From: Enoplolaimus lenunculus
Lineage: Eukaryota
Reading direction: 5' to 3'
Assembly: GCA_030248215.1 (NCBI GenBank)
Contig: JASANG010004046.1
Span: 186,001-250,000, forward strand
Length of the DNA: 64,000 bases
Part shown: piece by piece, positions 40,849 to 54,517 of the stretch
Position numbering within the stretch: the stretch's first letter is position 1
Layout: each line of letters begins with the position of its first letter
The notes under the pieces: model-generated
Seen by the model: the letters and a program-made list of their open reading frames with translations, nothing else
The model's database searches: none
What the model was told of the DNA's origin: nothing
Translations under genes and position numbers: made by a program

Positions 40849-41949
40849 ACCGCAGTTGCGCATCCAGGGTAGGGTAGGGCAGGACTCTTAGGCAGATTTG
40901 AGCCGGAGGGCTCATCCTCCAGTAAAATTATGAACACCATTAGAAAACGTTTTTGCCCCACTTTTAAGGTAGTTATTTCAACCCCATACCCCTCCTAAAA
41001 TTGTTTTGGCCACCCTAGCAGGTTGAACTGGCTTCGTGTTAAGTTATCTATAAACGCAACGCGAAATGGTACAATTGCTTCCATGAAATTCATTGTAGAA
41101 TACTTCTATGTAAGGTATATCAACCGATATTGATTTTTTAAAAATAACATATTTTCCGTTCGTTTTTACGATATTTAAAAATCTTATTTCAGTTTAGTTA
41201 ATGGTTTATAAAACCAAACCCCTTCCAGGATTATATTATTTTATATGGTATACTGCCGAGTCAGGCTTCTGAACCGTGGACAGGGAAATCCCATGTATAT
41301 AACTCTGGGGTTTCAATTTCAACAACAATCAAAAACTCGCTTAAAGTTCAGTTCTAAGTCTACACAATTTTCAATCCTGGCTACACAACTCTGTCTTAGT
41401 CATTAAATTTAAACTCTCAGTCAGCAAATTTGAACTGACCCTGGTTTTTATAAAATATAAAAAATCGTTTCATGACACACAATAACCCGATGAATAAGCA
41501 TGTTCAAATTTCAAAATTTAAGCACAAGCTATTAATATAATAAATCTCCGTTTTAACAACCTAGTTGAAAATGATAAGGCCCCCACTAACATATTCAATT
41601 ACTTAGGGCTGATTCGCGATCATTTGTAGCGTCGAAGACGGTATCACGACAATTCGTAGCCCGACAACTCAGCGACTGACAGTTTGTAATTCGAAATTTG
41701 ATCGACTCGACAATTTGTTACTCATCATTATGCTAAACTTAGGCTTAGGCTTAGGTACGCATAGGATTATACGTATGTTTATTCATTGGCTTTCTCTTGG
41801 GCGACAAGTTGTCGGGCGACGAATTGCGGTAGATTCGTCTAAGACAACTCACTCTAGACGGTTTTTTGGTTAGCAGTTTGAAAATGTAATAAAACTTTTA
41901 GCCCCATAGCTTTATTATCGTAGAGGTTTGAGATTGTTAACTGCTGATA

Positions 41950-42113
41950 CGGGCCCGTAGCCAAGAGAGGAGCAGGGAAGCTTTGCCCCCTGGAAAATTT
42001 TTGGCCTCGTAGAAAATTTTCAACTATGTTTGCAAGTCAACGTAAAGCCTTGCATGAATTTTCTGAATAATTTTTAGCCCCCCCCCCAGCAAGGTGAGCT
42101 GGCTACGCGCCTG
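41950..42113. mobile_element. hAT-type MITE family with CAGGCCCGTAGCCAG termini; other copies at 61170-61336, 50272-50360, ~31060-31371, ~31810-31908, ~33210-33346 and ~44155-44190
   Basis: Termini GGCCCGTAGCCA/TGGCTACG(G/C)GCC with a shared core AAATTTTCAACCTTGCTTG; 8-bp TSDs AGTAGTAC (50264/50361, perfect) and CAT(C/T)CAAC (61162/61337). Confidence 0.8.
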
Positions 42114-44406
42114 TACTGAAACGGTTCGGTTCTGGTTCCGGATTTAGCACACATTAACACACATTAAACCAAGCAGTAAAATCTGCCAGCAAAAAGTTTC
42201 AAAAACCCAAAGCCATGGGATGTTGGCCCATCGGCGCTGGTACCCCAATATTAAACGACAAATACAGTTGTATAAAGCATATCTCATAGGACCAGGCGCC
42301 AGACAGTGGGTTTTTGGTATGTTTTCGAACCAGATACGAACAATTGGTACAAATTTTACAATACGATATTTTGCCTAAATCTGGCAACGCTTCTTTGAAT
42401 AGCTATAACCTACTACTAATCATTAGTTCGTCTTCTTTTTGAAAAATATTGACAGATTTCATAGGATTTATTAAATAGACTACAAAGGCAAAAATAGTTA
42501 GACGCAAAATTTATCGACAGGATTTACTTTTACTGCCACCCTGCAATTACGACCATTTGCGTTTGTTCCTTTTTGCCCCCATAGCTTTTGATATTTTCAG
42601 ATTTTAGCACAACTTGGGCTTAGCATTAAGCTTACTCGTAACGTCGTAATCTTATACGGATGAAGTGAACAAGACCTTAGCTATGTTAACTACAGCTATT
42701 TAAGCGTCGTAGTTGCGTCACCATTACGCAACTTCTTTACAAGCCATGCTCTTTTTTTATTTACACCGTTATCCTAAAATTTTGCTCGAGAAAAAACACT
42801 AGTAAATTTAATTAAAATTGAAGAAACACCCCACGTTGTTGAGTAGAAATTAATTCTATGTCAACAGTACACTGCCCTAGATATCATAATCACAGTCTAA
42901 AATAAACCAAAAATCAATGTCGCCTTGCTTATAAGCCTATTTACGAGCCTAGCCAAAAAACCCAATTCGGGTCCAACAGCGCCATTCTTCAGTTCCGCGT
43001 TGTTTTTCCCAAAGGATCTACAAGCAGTGTGAAACAAAGGACCGCACTCGAACAGCCAGCGAAGGGAAACGGGGGCCTAGGCTCCATTACGGACTAAAAA
43101 TTATATTTCATATCCTGATCAACTATTTTCAACACTGCCCGATAATATTGGATTGCTGAAGCAGCAGTAGAGTTATACACCCTCTTTACCCGTTAACCTA
43201 TGAAATTCTGATAACGAACACTTCAAAATACTACCGGATATAAAGACGGGGCTAGCGAGGCCATGATCCCTAGCATGGATCGAAACCAATATTTTGTATT
43301 AAGATGCAGTGCTAAAATTGCGCTTGTCTTCACACTTTGCTCGTGAGTAATTGTTTCACTCTTTATAAACATTTTGAACCCCTGTCAGAAATTTGTGAAT
43401 CAGCGAATGCCTCCAAATCATTGCCAGTATTTACCATATAAACAACCTGTTTATCTTGGCATCGCAGTATGCATTCTATTAATGAACCACCACTAAAAAC
43501 CTGTGGCACATTTTGGCAGTAACCGATCCAGAAATATCTGAAAGGGGGGCGGGCGGATCGCCAGATATATAATAGTGAAAAAACCTTACGAACAAAAAGC
43601 CAAACGCAATTTCAATACTAAATCTAAGACAATATATTTCGGTTCTTACCCTTGTCGGCGGTCCAGGCCTGACTGACCCTCTTGGATCCGCTACTTCCGG
43701 AAACGCCGTCAAAATAAGCATTTGTAGAAGTACAAAAAGCACCAACAATGTTGCATAAATGAACTGATATCGTTAGCCAGTACCAAGGTAGATGGGTACA
43801 CGGGTTATATGTTACACCGCATTTTAATCAACTCAACCAAAACAATAACCTCTTCAACTCGTGAATGTTTTCTGTTTCGTCTTAGAGATCTCAGTTCAAC
43901 CTGGGATTGGAGCCAGGGTCGAGAAAAGGGGAAACGCTTAAAAGTAACATTGGCCGCTCAGTGAATAATACGCGTGAATGGTGTAGATCAATCTGTTACT
44001 TACAAAATTGGCAGTTGTTTACTATCTCCCCTTCAAGCTTTCGTCTATGCATCTACCAGCTATACATTTAACTCTAATTCTAATACTAAGCCTACGTTAT
44101 AAAAAATTAAAATTTTCGAAAACTGGTGTTGAACGTATACAATGTGTCATACAGGCTCGTAGTCAATTCACCTTGCTAGGGGGCAAATGGTAAACCTTAC
44201 AATTTTCCCCTCAGATAGTCGGCACATATATAGCATACAGTGAAAAATGCGTTTCATAACTTATGCCAGGCCGCCCTCACCATCAGACATTTCTGGATTC
44301 GCCGCTGAGGATCGCCAATGAGGGCAGCATATTAATGATGAAAGAAGTCTCCCCAGCGAAGCGAGCCAGGAGAGCTAAATATAGTTTACGTAATTTGTAG
44401 AATGTA

Positions 44407-44850
44407 CTGTATTGACCCGAATAAAAGGGGGGACTGATATATATTTGGCCTCTCCAGAGGGTACCCCCCTTGTTATTCGGTTACGGACTGTTATTTATTT
44501 TTAACCCACGCTCCGCCACCCTTCGTTACTGATATATATCACGTACTGCAACTGTCCGTTGAATTAAACATTTATTTGTGTTGTGTCAATAGCTTGAGCG
44601 ATAATGCAATGTTATACGTAGGAATGTACTTCCAAAACTTAAGTACGCTTTAAAGTTTCGAAGTCAAATTATTTGGTCCAGGAGTCATCTATGCGCTACA
44701 ATTAGGGATAATTGATATTTATGGACTCTAATTAAGGTTTAATGACTCAATCCGCTTACGGACTCTTATTAGGGATACGTACTCCTATTGATCGAGTCTC
44801 AAAATGGGCACCCCCCTCTTATTACCCCCTTCTTATTCGGGTCAATACAG
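44407..44850. mobile_element. Tc1/mariner (pogo/Tc2-like) MITE, copy 2
   Basis: Perfect TIR CTGTATTGACCCGAATAA/TTATTCGGGTCAATACAG with TA on both sides. Confidence 0.88.
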
Positions 44851-45533
44851 TACGGACCTTACCAATTTTCTTCACAAAATATTAGCCTAAAATAAGTAAA
44901 ATCTCAGACGACGCAAGCAATATTCATGGATGAAAAGATCACGATAGCCTTATACAAAGATAGTACTAGTCACTGCTAGGCATTTAAACCATTGGTCGTT
45001 ATACTTTGATGAATTTTAGCGTCACTAAGGGTTTTTGTAATTCTGAAACGTATTTCTAGGGAGCATTATTGCGGCACAGAAAGCTGATAAAGTGACCACA
45101 AGATAAGCAAAGTTAACATCAAGTTTGATTCCCACGGTTTTCAGATATTAATGGAGTTCGTGACAGTGCCAGGCGTAGAGCTAAAGAAACAGATGGTTTG
45201 CGCGGGGGGCCGACGTTCAGACCTCCTTTCGTAAACCAAGAGCTTATTTTGCAACACTGTCCTGATGGGATATTTCCAGCATAGACGTCCAGATTTCCAC
45301 AATGAATTCGAAATGATTCGCATTAAGTTCTCCCGACTCCTGTCACTTCGAAGTTGTTGCTGCAGCCCATTCAGCGAAAACATATTCATTTAAGAGAGGT
45401 GATAGCTTTAGTTCAAAGCTATATCGTGATTAGCTAACGGTCAAGAATTGTTTCACCGGCCTTCAAATATACCAGGCCCGGAGCTCGGTTAAATTTACTT
45501 CAATATGCACATGAATACCACCATACATATATA

Positions 45534-46040
45534 GGTCTTTTCCGTGTTCCCCCAGTCAGCGTTTGCCAAAAATGGTTTGATTTTGAAAATTTTTGCATAT
45601 TTGCGCTTCTCATGACTTCCCTTGATGAATTCACGCACAAATTTAAATTTTTGAAAAATTCGATTTTCTAAGATACCCCCAAAATCACAAAAATCCCACC
45701 TTGGGACAATTTTTTCAAAAAGTTTGGCAAATTATATACGATTCGATACTGGTTGCGGAGGTTAGTCCAATGGTTTAAATATTCCGCAATCAGACGTCTG
45801 GTTAGCGAGTAATGGTTAAGTAACTGATTTGGCGCCTTCCCAAATCATTGGTAGCGCGCCAAATCAGTTATTTGGCCATACATCGTTAACCAAACCTTTG
45901 ATTGCAATAAATTTAACACCATTGGACTCAGCTGCGCAAGCTACATTGAATGGCATATAATTTACTAAATTTTTTGACAAAAATTTTTTTGGGTCCCATG
46001 GGGGACGACTTCAATAAAACGAATTTTTAAAAAATTTCAA
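45534..46040. mobile_element. Foldback (long-TIR) non-autonomous DNA transposon with a GGGTCTTTTC terminus
   Basis: Imperfect palindrome centred near 45845; perfect 15-bp inner arms at 45821-45835 and 45856-45870. Confidence 0.8.
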
Positions 46041-46727
46041 TTCCGACAATCTTGTATTAACGTTTCCGATCAGCGAACATAGCGGGCAAAATTTTTTAAG
46101 ACGTATAAAATCCAGCAGATTATTTTGCAGCATCGTTCATCTATGAATACTGGGGAGAGTTTTTAGCTGTCCCACATTGTAGCCACCCCGACCGATGCAA
46201 ACAGACAGTGGATATCAATCAAATCAAAGTATTAAACTCACAAAATGCCATTTTCTTCATTTCTTGGTGTGTTTTTGTTGTCCCTTTAATACAACAGCAG
46301 CAACACCCACAATTTAATTAATACGAACTATTCAGAGAAAACGAGAAAACAAACCAATAGCTGTTAGGGTGTGATAGACGGGCGTTGCAATTTGGTTGGG
46401 GTCAACAATTCCTTTGCAATTTTTGCCGGGTAATTAGGTACTTTCTCAGTTTTAGTGCAAGAAACTATCTGTCAATTCGCAGTTTATTATAACAATCAAA
46501 GTTTCCAAAATTTGGGATACGCCCCAGTCCCTAGTGTTGAGGATAGAAACGTTTTTCTGATTTTCATTTTTATTTTTGTCAACATTTTAGGGCCATTCAA
46601 GTAATTTCAGAAACCTGAGCCGTATTTGATTACCCAAGCGGTTAGAAAACAACGCCATTGAAATGTGCCATGGTGAGCGAAGGGCTGGCCACCACCTCAA
46701 ACGAGTATATTCACCTTCCACAATTGA

Positions 46728-47153
46728 CGGATCTTTTCGGTAATGCCCCCAGCCGGCTTCTGCCCAGAAATGGTTGCATTTTGAAAATTTTTGCCTTTAT
46801 CAGCTTCTTTTGCCTTCCCCTGATCATTTCTTGCCCAAATTCGAATTTTTGAAAATATTGTTTTGTCAAAAAGTTAGACAAATTATATATGATTAGATGC
46901 AGCTTGCGCAGTTGAGTTTCATGGATTTAAATTTTCGACAACCAAACGGCTATCTAACCAGGTATGGTCAAATAACTGATTGGAGGCACTGCCTGGGGAC
47001 CTTGAGACTTTAAAAAAAATCGAATTTTTCTAAAGTGTAAATTTGTCTGCGGAATGATCAGGGGAAGTCGTGAGAAGCTCAACTACGCAAAATTTTTTAA
47101 AAGACAACCAGTTTTGGGTAAACACCGGCAGGAACGAATAACCGAATAGACCC
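46728..47153. mobile_element. Second, internally deleted copy of the GGGTCTTTTC foldback family; partial copies at ~9037-9260 and ~62306-62620
   Basis: Termini GGATCTTTTCGGT...ACCGAATAGACCC; inverted CTTCCCCTGATCATT/AATGATCAGGGGAAG. Confidence 0.78.
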
Positions 47154-50100
47154 AAATTGACGACATATAAAGAATTCTATTTTCACAAAAAATAATTTTG
47201 TGTGCTTAAAATTTTGTCTTGTCTTTTAACAATCAGTGGACAAAATAGCGATTTACGCTAAATATACGAATCTCTCAAGGGTTCAGGGTGACAAATACTA
47301 CACGAAACATTCTTAGATCTCTTGCATAGTTTTGATTAAAAACTTTGTACTCCATGTTTCATTCCGTTCGAGTCCGACATGGTTCTCTCTTGCACCTGAA
47401 TCAACTTCTGAAACGTTCATTACGTCGACGTTTATTTCAGACTTGGCCATCCTAAAACACACAAATCGATGATTTCGGGTCTAAAAATTTGTAGGCTCCC
47501 CTCAAATAAATTCAAGGATTATAAAACTTATCAATAAAAAATGATCAAAAGAAATAAAGGGGGCCCGTTGCCGTTTTTTAGTTCTGTATTAAACAACAGA
47601 TGAATGGAATACTGGTAAACTTGTTGAAAAATAACGGTTTTTTGTAATAATTGGCTAAATCTTATAAATTATATTTTCAGTTTAAAATTCAGTTTTTCTG
47701 AGAAAAAATTCTTTCAACCATAATGCACTCCTGCGTATTTTTGGCCGTTTTTTGACGTGTAACACATTGCTCAAAATCGCACACTTTCGAGTTTCAAACT
47801 CGGCACATCCGTTCCTTAGTGGTCGAAGCACCTTTGAAAAGTTCGCTGAATCAAGCGGATGAAGGTCTCGCCAAACCGAGGTCCACTATAAAAGGGATAA
47901 CGCTTGTGTTTGTCTCAAAAGACTACGGATCTTTAATGAAGCAATTTGTCTATGAAAATCTAAGATTTATTTTCTCTATGAGGAACTGTACTATATTACA
48001 CCTTTTATATAACGCTACACAAACCGCCACAGAAATAAGAACACGGATTCGGTAATGAAATTTATTCGCCGCACAGAATGATTTCGTGTCAAACTTAAAC
48101 TCTCTGCCCAAAGGCAATTGAGGTTTCGCGATGCAACAAATAGCACGCTTGTAGAATGCTAGAACGCGCGCGCGCGGAACAAGCCAAACACGAAAATATT
48201 TATTTATTACGCAATCAAAAAAACCAAGATAAATCCTGTTTTGTTGAGGTACACAGAGAACACGCTGCGGCTCGAATGTGTTTGGCGACAACTGAAAAGC
48301 AATATTTGGCAGCCGCTCAGCATGAGAGATGGGGCGCAGTTTGTGATATTACTTTCGGTTGGGCTCAATTTTGCAGCTTTGTATTAAGTTGTGGCGGATC
48401 GAAAAAATTTTTGATGGGAGCGCGCGATATATCATAGTGAAAACAGAGTGCACAGATGAGCGCGAAAAGCCAAACACAATTTTAGTAGTAAATCTTAATT
48501 AAAAAATTTTTTAGGTTTGATCACTGTTTACGGGGAGGGGTATGACGACCTGGGTGACCCTCCTTTGACCTGCAAGTATTTCCAAGGTATAATGCCGGAG
48601 GTATGCTCAAGTACATGGTGCCATTTGCTGGCTGTATTTTCGAAAAAGGCGTAGAATATAAGTCAGGTGTATAGCAGATATATTACCTTCAAAATTACTG
48701 AAAACTTGAAAATACACTATTTAAATGTTTGATTTTGGTCAGAAATCTATAAGGCTCAAAAAATCTATATTTTTGGGGTTACACCCTTCCGAATCGAAAT
48801 TTTGGTTACGCTCTTGGCGGTTGAATATATGGTGAAGCAAACACAAGCATTATATTAATCAATTTAGCCAGCCGTAGGCAATTTTTACGTACCCATAGTG
48901 CACATTACTTAAGTAATAAAAAAATGTTGAACCAATTGAATTTGAGGTAAAAGATGAAACTGAACCAGCTTGTCGACCAGAAATACTTGTCGACTGCGGC
49001 GAAAATATTTTAAGAGGGGACAACTAAAATATTCGTAACCAAGATTTCTTTTAATATAGTTTTCAAAAATTTTCGGCCATGGGGAGGGCGAATCTGTTCG
49101 TAGGTGGGCAGCAGTGTTCCCCACTTCCTCCCGTAGTTGTGGATGTAATCAGTAAAACAGACGGAACAAAAATCTAAAAAATTAATCTTTAGAATGTTTA
49201 GTTTAATCTAGAAAATAGAACCAAGTCGGTGCCATAGACACAGCATGGATTTTGGTTTTGTAGAAAGCAACGTCATTAAGACATAAAAATACATGTTTGT
49301 GTGTATTTTACCTCAGCTAACATTTAGTTATTGACAGAAATCAACTCCTCCAAAGTCGCAGGTCAGCCATGGTCCACTTGCTTCCCGCCGTTTGGCTAAA
49401 CCCTGGCTGTTATGTTATCCTGCTTGAAGTTTCTGGAGATGCAGGAAAAACTATCACAGGCTATAGAATAACTTGCTGGATTCTGGAACGAACCCAACAG
49501 TCATTGAAAGAAACTCTATAAACCAACTAAGGTCTTTCTGGAATGCAAATCTTGGTCACTCGTCTAATTTTTAAAAATCCATGAACCACTAAACTGGCTT
49601 CTCTTATATTTTATAACATAAGGTTCAAAAATAGATATTTTTAGTGTTTTGAACGAAGATTGTCGGCCTTAATAAACTTAGCAAGAAATACCAAAATCCT
49701 TCATCGGCATGGCAGGGAGGGCTTATTTTATAACGGAGCTCAAATAATACCACCCAAACCATGTCCTGTGAAAAAATTTTTTGGCCAGATATATAGGTAT
49801 ATGTATAAATATAGGTATATATTCTATATGCATATATATCTGGTTTAAAGTATAAGGCATCAGTTCTTTTAGAAAGGCAATTACAGACTAGACATTGTTA
49901 CCTCAAATTAGAAATGAACGTTTGTATGATTAAGGTATTTCGAAAACGTTAGGCAATTAAAATATTGCAGCAAGTAGCATAAAATTTTAGCTTTTTAGTG
50001 ATTAAACTAGAAAAACTGAGTTTGTTATTAAGGCATCAGCAGGAGTATTAATAGATGTTGAGTTTTTAGAAAATAACAGAAAATAATTTAATGCCAGTGC

Positions 50101-52394
50101 TACCACCGTCAATCTTAAACGCTTTAAAAGTTAAAAATTTCACAACACAAAAAGTACCTATCTTCCCCCACCGGAAAACCCTGAATCTGCCATTGCTTGT
50201 TTCATTGATCGTTCTCACCCCTTAAACATGTGAAATTAGCGGAATCATCAATTGATTCTTTGGAGTAGTACCAGTACAGTAGCCAGCTCACCTTTCTAGT
50301 GGGAACAAAATTTTTCCAGGGGGTAGCGATTTCCCCTGTGACCTTGTGGCTAAGAGCCAGAGTAGTACTCTAATTGGTACTTTCGGAAGACACTTTAACT
50401 GATCCGACAATTTCATACTACTCCAACAGTCCAACAGTTAATACGAATACGTTCGTGAGCACTGAAACAGGCAAACTTCTGGTAGTAAAAGTTGCTGACA
50501 ACTGCAAAAAACTTTCGAATAAGCAATTCAGTATTTATTCAAAGTTAAACTTTATGAACGTTCTGAGTCAAAGCTCGCAAGCAGCTGTTTTTAGTTTCTT
50601 TGATTCAGTAATCGCTCGCTAGATCAATTGAGTTTTTCGTTCAACATATACCAGCTCTATTTGTTAATAAAACCAATCAGTATCTGTATAAGGCGCCACA
50701 TAAATGTTCTTTTTCCGGCTCCAAAAATTCTCATCCTGATTTGGACGCATATCAGAGGGCAGTAACGGACATATGCTACTAAAATGCTGGCAGGATAATG
50801 AAAAACGGATACTTTTATCCTATTAACAATTTTGGCATCAAAAAGTTTTCTCGCTCGCTAACAACTGTTGTTGGTCATGATCAGAGTTTTACCCTCTAGC
50901 AATGAAATCCGTGTATGCAATTGATCTTAAACTGTCGAAGTTCAAAGCACTCATTTCTAAATTTCTAAACGCTTAACTAAAATACTTCCCCTTGTCAGAT
51001 CACATTCTTGTCGGCGACTGGCTAGTTTTAGAAGCCTGTCCGATTTACTTACCTTTCGTCACTTGACGCACTTTGAGTTTACACCGATTTCTATACACTA
51101 TGTCATGGACTATATATATAATGGTTAAAAAGTTGAAGCATTTCAAAAATAGTGCTTGTTTCTATTTGGAAAAAATATAAACAAGACCGTATAAGTACCC
51201 ATTGGTCAGTCTAACGAGCTTCAGAGTTATACTCTAATTACTCTTCCAACGTATATCCAACGCTGTACCATTTAGTTGCAGATCCTGAAATTTCTGACGG
51301 AGGCGCGTGCGTGCAATGTATATTGTGACAAAAACTCGAGAGCAAAGCAAGCAAATATCCAAACGCAATTTTCGTGGCACAAATCTAAAAATATACAAGG
51401 TTGGGGTATTACATTTTTTAGAAAATATATTCTGACCGAAGAGTGAGCAAATAACATTGGTATTTTTGTAGTTTCCCCCCGCCACTACGCAAATTTTTTT
51501 TTGGGGGGGTAAACATTTTCACTTGTAACATCAAAATGTTTCGTTTTCTTCTTTGAAAAAGCTACTTTCTAGTGCAAAATCTTTTCGTCAATTTTGCATT
51601 ATGTCTTTCAGGGGGATGCAAAGACCAAAATCGTTGGAAACAAAAAAGTATGGATCCCCGTAGCCACCAGCCCACCCGCCTCTCTAAAACAGAGCGCAAA
51701 TCTAAACCAATCGAGATTAAAAAAGATGCAAACGATATGCAAATTAAATGCAAAGGCGAACAATTAAAATTTGTGACATAATGACAAAATTCTAACGCGA
51801 ACGTTAAATATTGAACACATTAATGCGTTAAGAACGAGTACTACTATTGCGTGGTTGAATTTAGGCTGTCACTCAAACCTAATAATGGTTAAAATTGGGG
51901 GTTTAATCGGACCACGTTGTTTATGAGAAATTGGCCAAGCCACGTGGATATTAAATAAAAGGGTGAATAATACTTTGCGATCGTGTCTAACGCTGTTTAA
52001 AACAGGCTGTTGAAGAAACATTCTTGCAGGGGTTGACTGCAGCCAGGGCACGGCTGGGTTTTGACACAACGGTCACATGCCGGCGGATTGGTTGTGGGGT
52101 ATTTGGGCTAGTTAAAAAATGAAAAAATCTATGTTTTAGGTGGTCCGGCTGAACGCTCGTTTGCATATGAATTTGTTTTTTAAAGTAGATCAATAAAAAT
52201 TCCCCCCTCCAACTAAAAGGGAATATTTAATTGATGCACCGAATAATCAGTGGTTGGTGGGTCGGTTTTACCAAAATGCTAGGACCAATTTTGAGGACCA
52301 GCCCAGCCGTGAGTACAACAGATTTTGGGGCACATTACGTTTACTTGAGGTTCGCGAACAGTTTGATATCTCACCTGTTTTACCCATTCGAGCG

Positions 52395-52739
52395 TACTCT
52401 CTAAAAGCTTAAACCAACTTGATTTAAGTTTAAGATAATCCAGCAGTATTAAACTAAGTTTCTAGAATAACGTTTACGCTTAAACTACTTTAAAATCTTA
52501 CCTATTTTTAATTTAAACTAAACTAATAGTGAACTCTTTGATACGCATAATTTCTCAGCTGCACTTGTTACTTAATCTAAAAATAAGTTTACTTAAACTG
52601 GTGTTAAACTTAAAAACAAGTTAGCTTAATTAAAACTTAACATTCAAGTTTAGTTAGTCCGTCCAGCCATTTAAGTTTTACTTAATCTGATATTCAAGTT
52701 TAGATAAGCTGCAATTTAAGTGTAAGTTTTTAGAGAGTG
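52395..52739. mobile_element. MITE with (C)ACTCTCTAAAA termini (CMC/CACTA-like) and many internal TTAAGTTT/AAACTTAA motifs
   Basis: ACTCTCTAAAAGCTTA ... TAAGTTTTTAGAGAGTG. Confidence 0.65.
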
Positions 52740-54196
52740 CCAATTTACAATTGTTGATCTTTTAGACAAACACTTAATCGCAACATTTGTCGTGAGAGGG
52801 AGCCTGGACCGCTGGCATGCCTTGGTTTGCGTCCTGACTTCAGTAATCAAAATTGTAAGATTTGTAGACAAAATGTCAAATGAAACATTTACTTTTTTTT
52901 GAAAAACCCACTCAGAGCGAAAACAAAAAAATTATTGGAAAACTTCTGTAAACAAATATTGATTAGGCTGAAAGTAGCTTCAAGTGTGACAGCAACTCTT
53001 CCATGTGGCGGGTCCAGAACTTTCCTAAAAGAGCCCCTATGCGCTGTACAATATTGAAAATCATTTACGAGCGAAGCAACCGCGAAGGCAAACTCAATTT
53101 CTAGAGCTAAATGTTAACGCGCAATTTTGTTATTGAAGCCTACTTCGAGGGCCTAGGTCTCGGTGCCCCCCGTTGGATTCGCCAAACTAGCAGATATTTA
53201 GTTTAGGCTCTTGTTTAAATATAGCCGGCCTAATACCGATTCTCATATAACATTGTGACATTTGATTTTTCAACGAATAAGAAGTTGTTTATGACACGCA
53301 TTTATGCTGTCATTTACCATAACATTTGACTGACTGACAGCTAACAATTATGAGAGAGCATTATGCCATCATTGAGGTTTCGTTAAGTTCACACGAGCCG
53401 GACCGTAACCAGAGGATATCGAAGTGAAGGTCTAATCCACCTAATTTGTGTACCAAGACTCATTTTGTGACTGTTGTAATGGTATTTAATACTAAAATTA
53501 CGCTTAGCTTCTCGTTCGTTTTCGCTCGCGAAGTTTTCTTTATACCTTTACACGCGCGGTAAAAGGTATCAATTTTAAACCGGTACAATGCGCTCTGCTC
53601 GCGTCGCTCACGAATTCGTTACAACTCAACCTTTACTATAACTCAAGTCGACAATCCCAATTGAAAATTAGGATCTCAATGGACAATCTCACACCCAAGT
53701 ACGCGTTGAGGTGAGATTGTACACGACAGAAATTTTAGAGGGGCGACTGGCCATGGAATTAGAAAATTCTGGCTACAGGAAATTGAGACCGAGGAAGCAG
53801 GCCCGTGTTTTAACGATGAGCCTGACCAGTCACAATTGAGCCTAAGCAAATGACTTCCCCGACAATTTAACTGTGCTGAGGACACACTCCGAACATAACA
53901 ATTTTAGCAAGTTGCAAAATGCACGCCTAAAACGTTAACTTTAATAGTGTTAGGCTTGGCATAGACATATTACAGCCGTAGTGATCTAGTAGAAAACTAT
54001 TGAGACAGAGACATTTCGAACAAAGCGGGAATGTATGGTGACACCCGAACGCAAGAGCAAGCGTCTGATAAAGACAAACACGTAAAAGTCTCAATTTTCA
54101 AATGATAATCACTCTCCGTGCTTGCGCTTGCTGTGTATATTGAGAAACGAGAACAATGACGAGGAGGCGAAAGTGACAAATAGACGCTACAATCTG

Positions 54197-54517
54197 ATTG
54201 GCTGGCTTACATAGCAACTACTTTGATTTGATTGGTTAATACGGTCGCGCTAAGAATTGAGCGACTAGCTAAACAATATGCTTTAATTTCATTGGTGGAT
54301 TGTTCAGTGCGATGTTCTAATTCGCTAGTTTGGTAGCGTAATACTCAACTGCGATTGGTTCAGAGTTCAGCGTTGCAATGTGATTGGCTGATAATAAACC
54401 AAAGTATATTCGTTTGATTGGATAACATTTAAATCGTCGTATTTGAAATTTGCTTAGCCGAGAAACAAATACATACTCCAAAATGATTTGTTGTACGACC
54501 ACTATGAAAGTCATTGG
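54197..54517 (-). promoter_or_regulatory. Array of 7 co-oriented CCAAT boxes (NF-Y-type), candidate promoter
   Basis: ATTGG on the plus strand at 54197, 54231, 54291, 54354, 54383, 54417 and 54513, most in a TGATTGG context. Confidence 0.6.

Noticed and set aside
47313..47451. Short minus-strand ORF (MAKSEINVDV...) after an acceptor, considered as a separate gene
   Set aside because: About 45 aa with no recognisable domain or partner exons; at most a UTR exon candidate.
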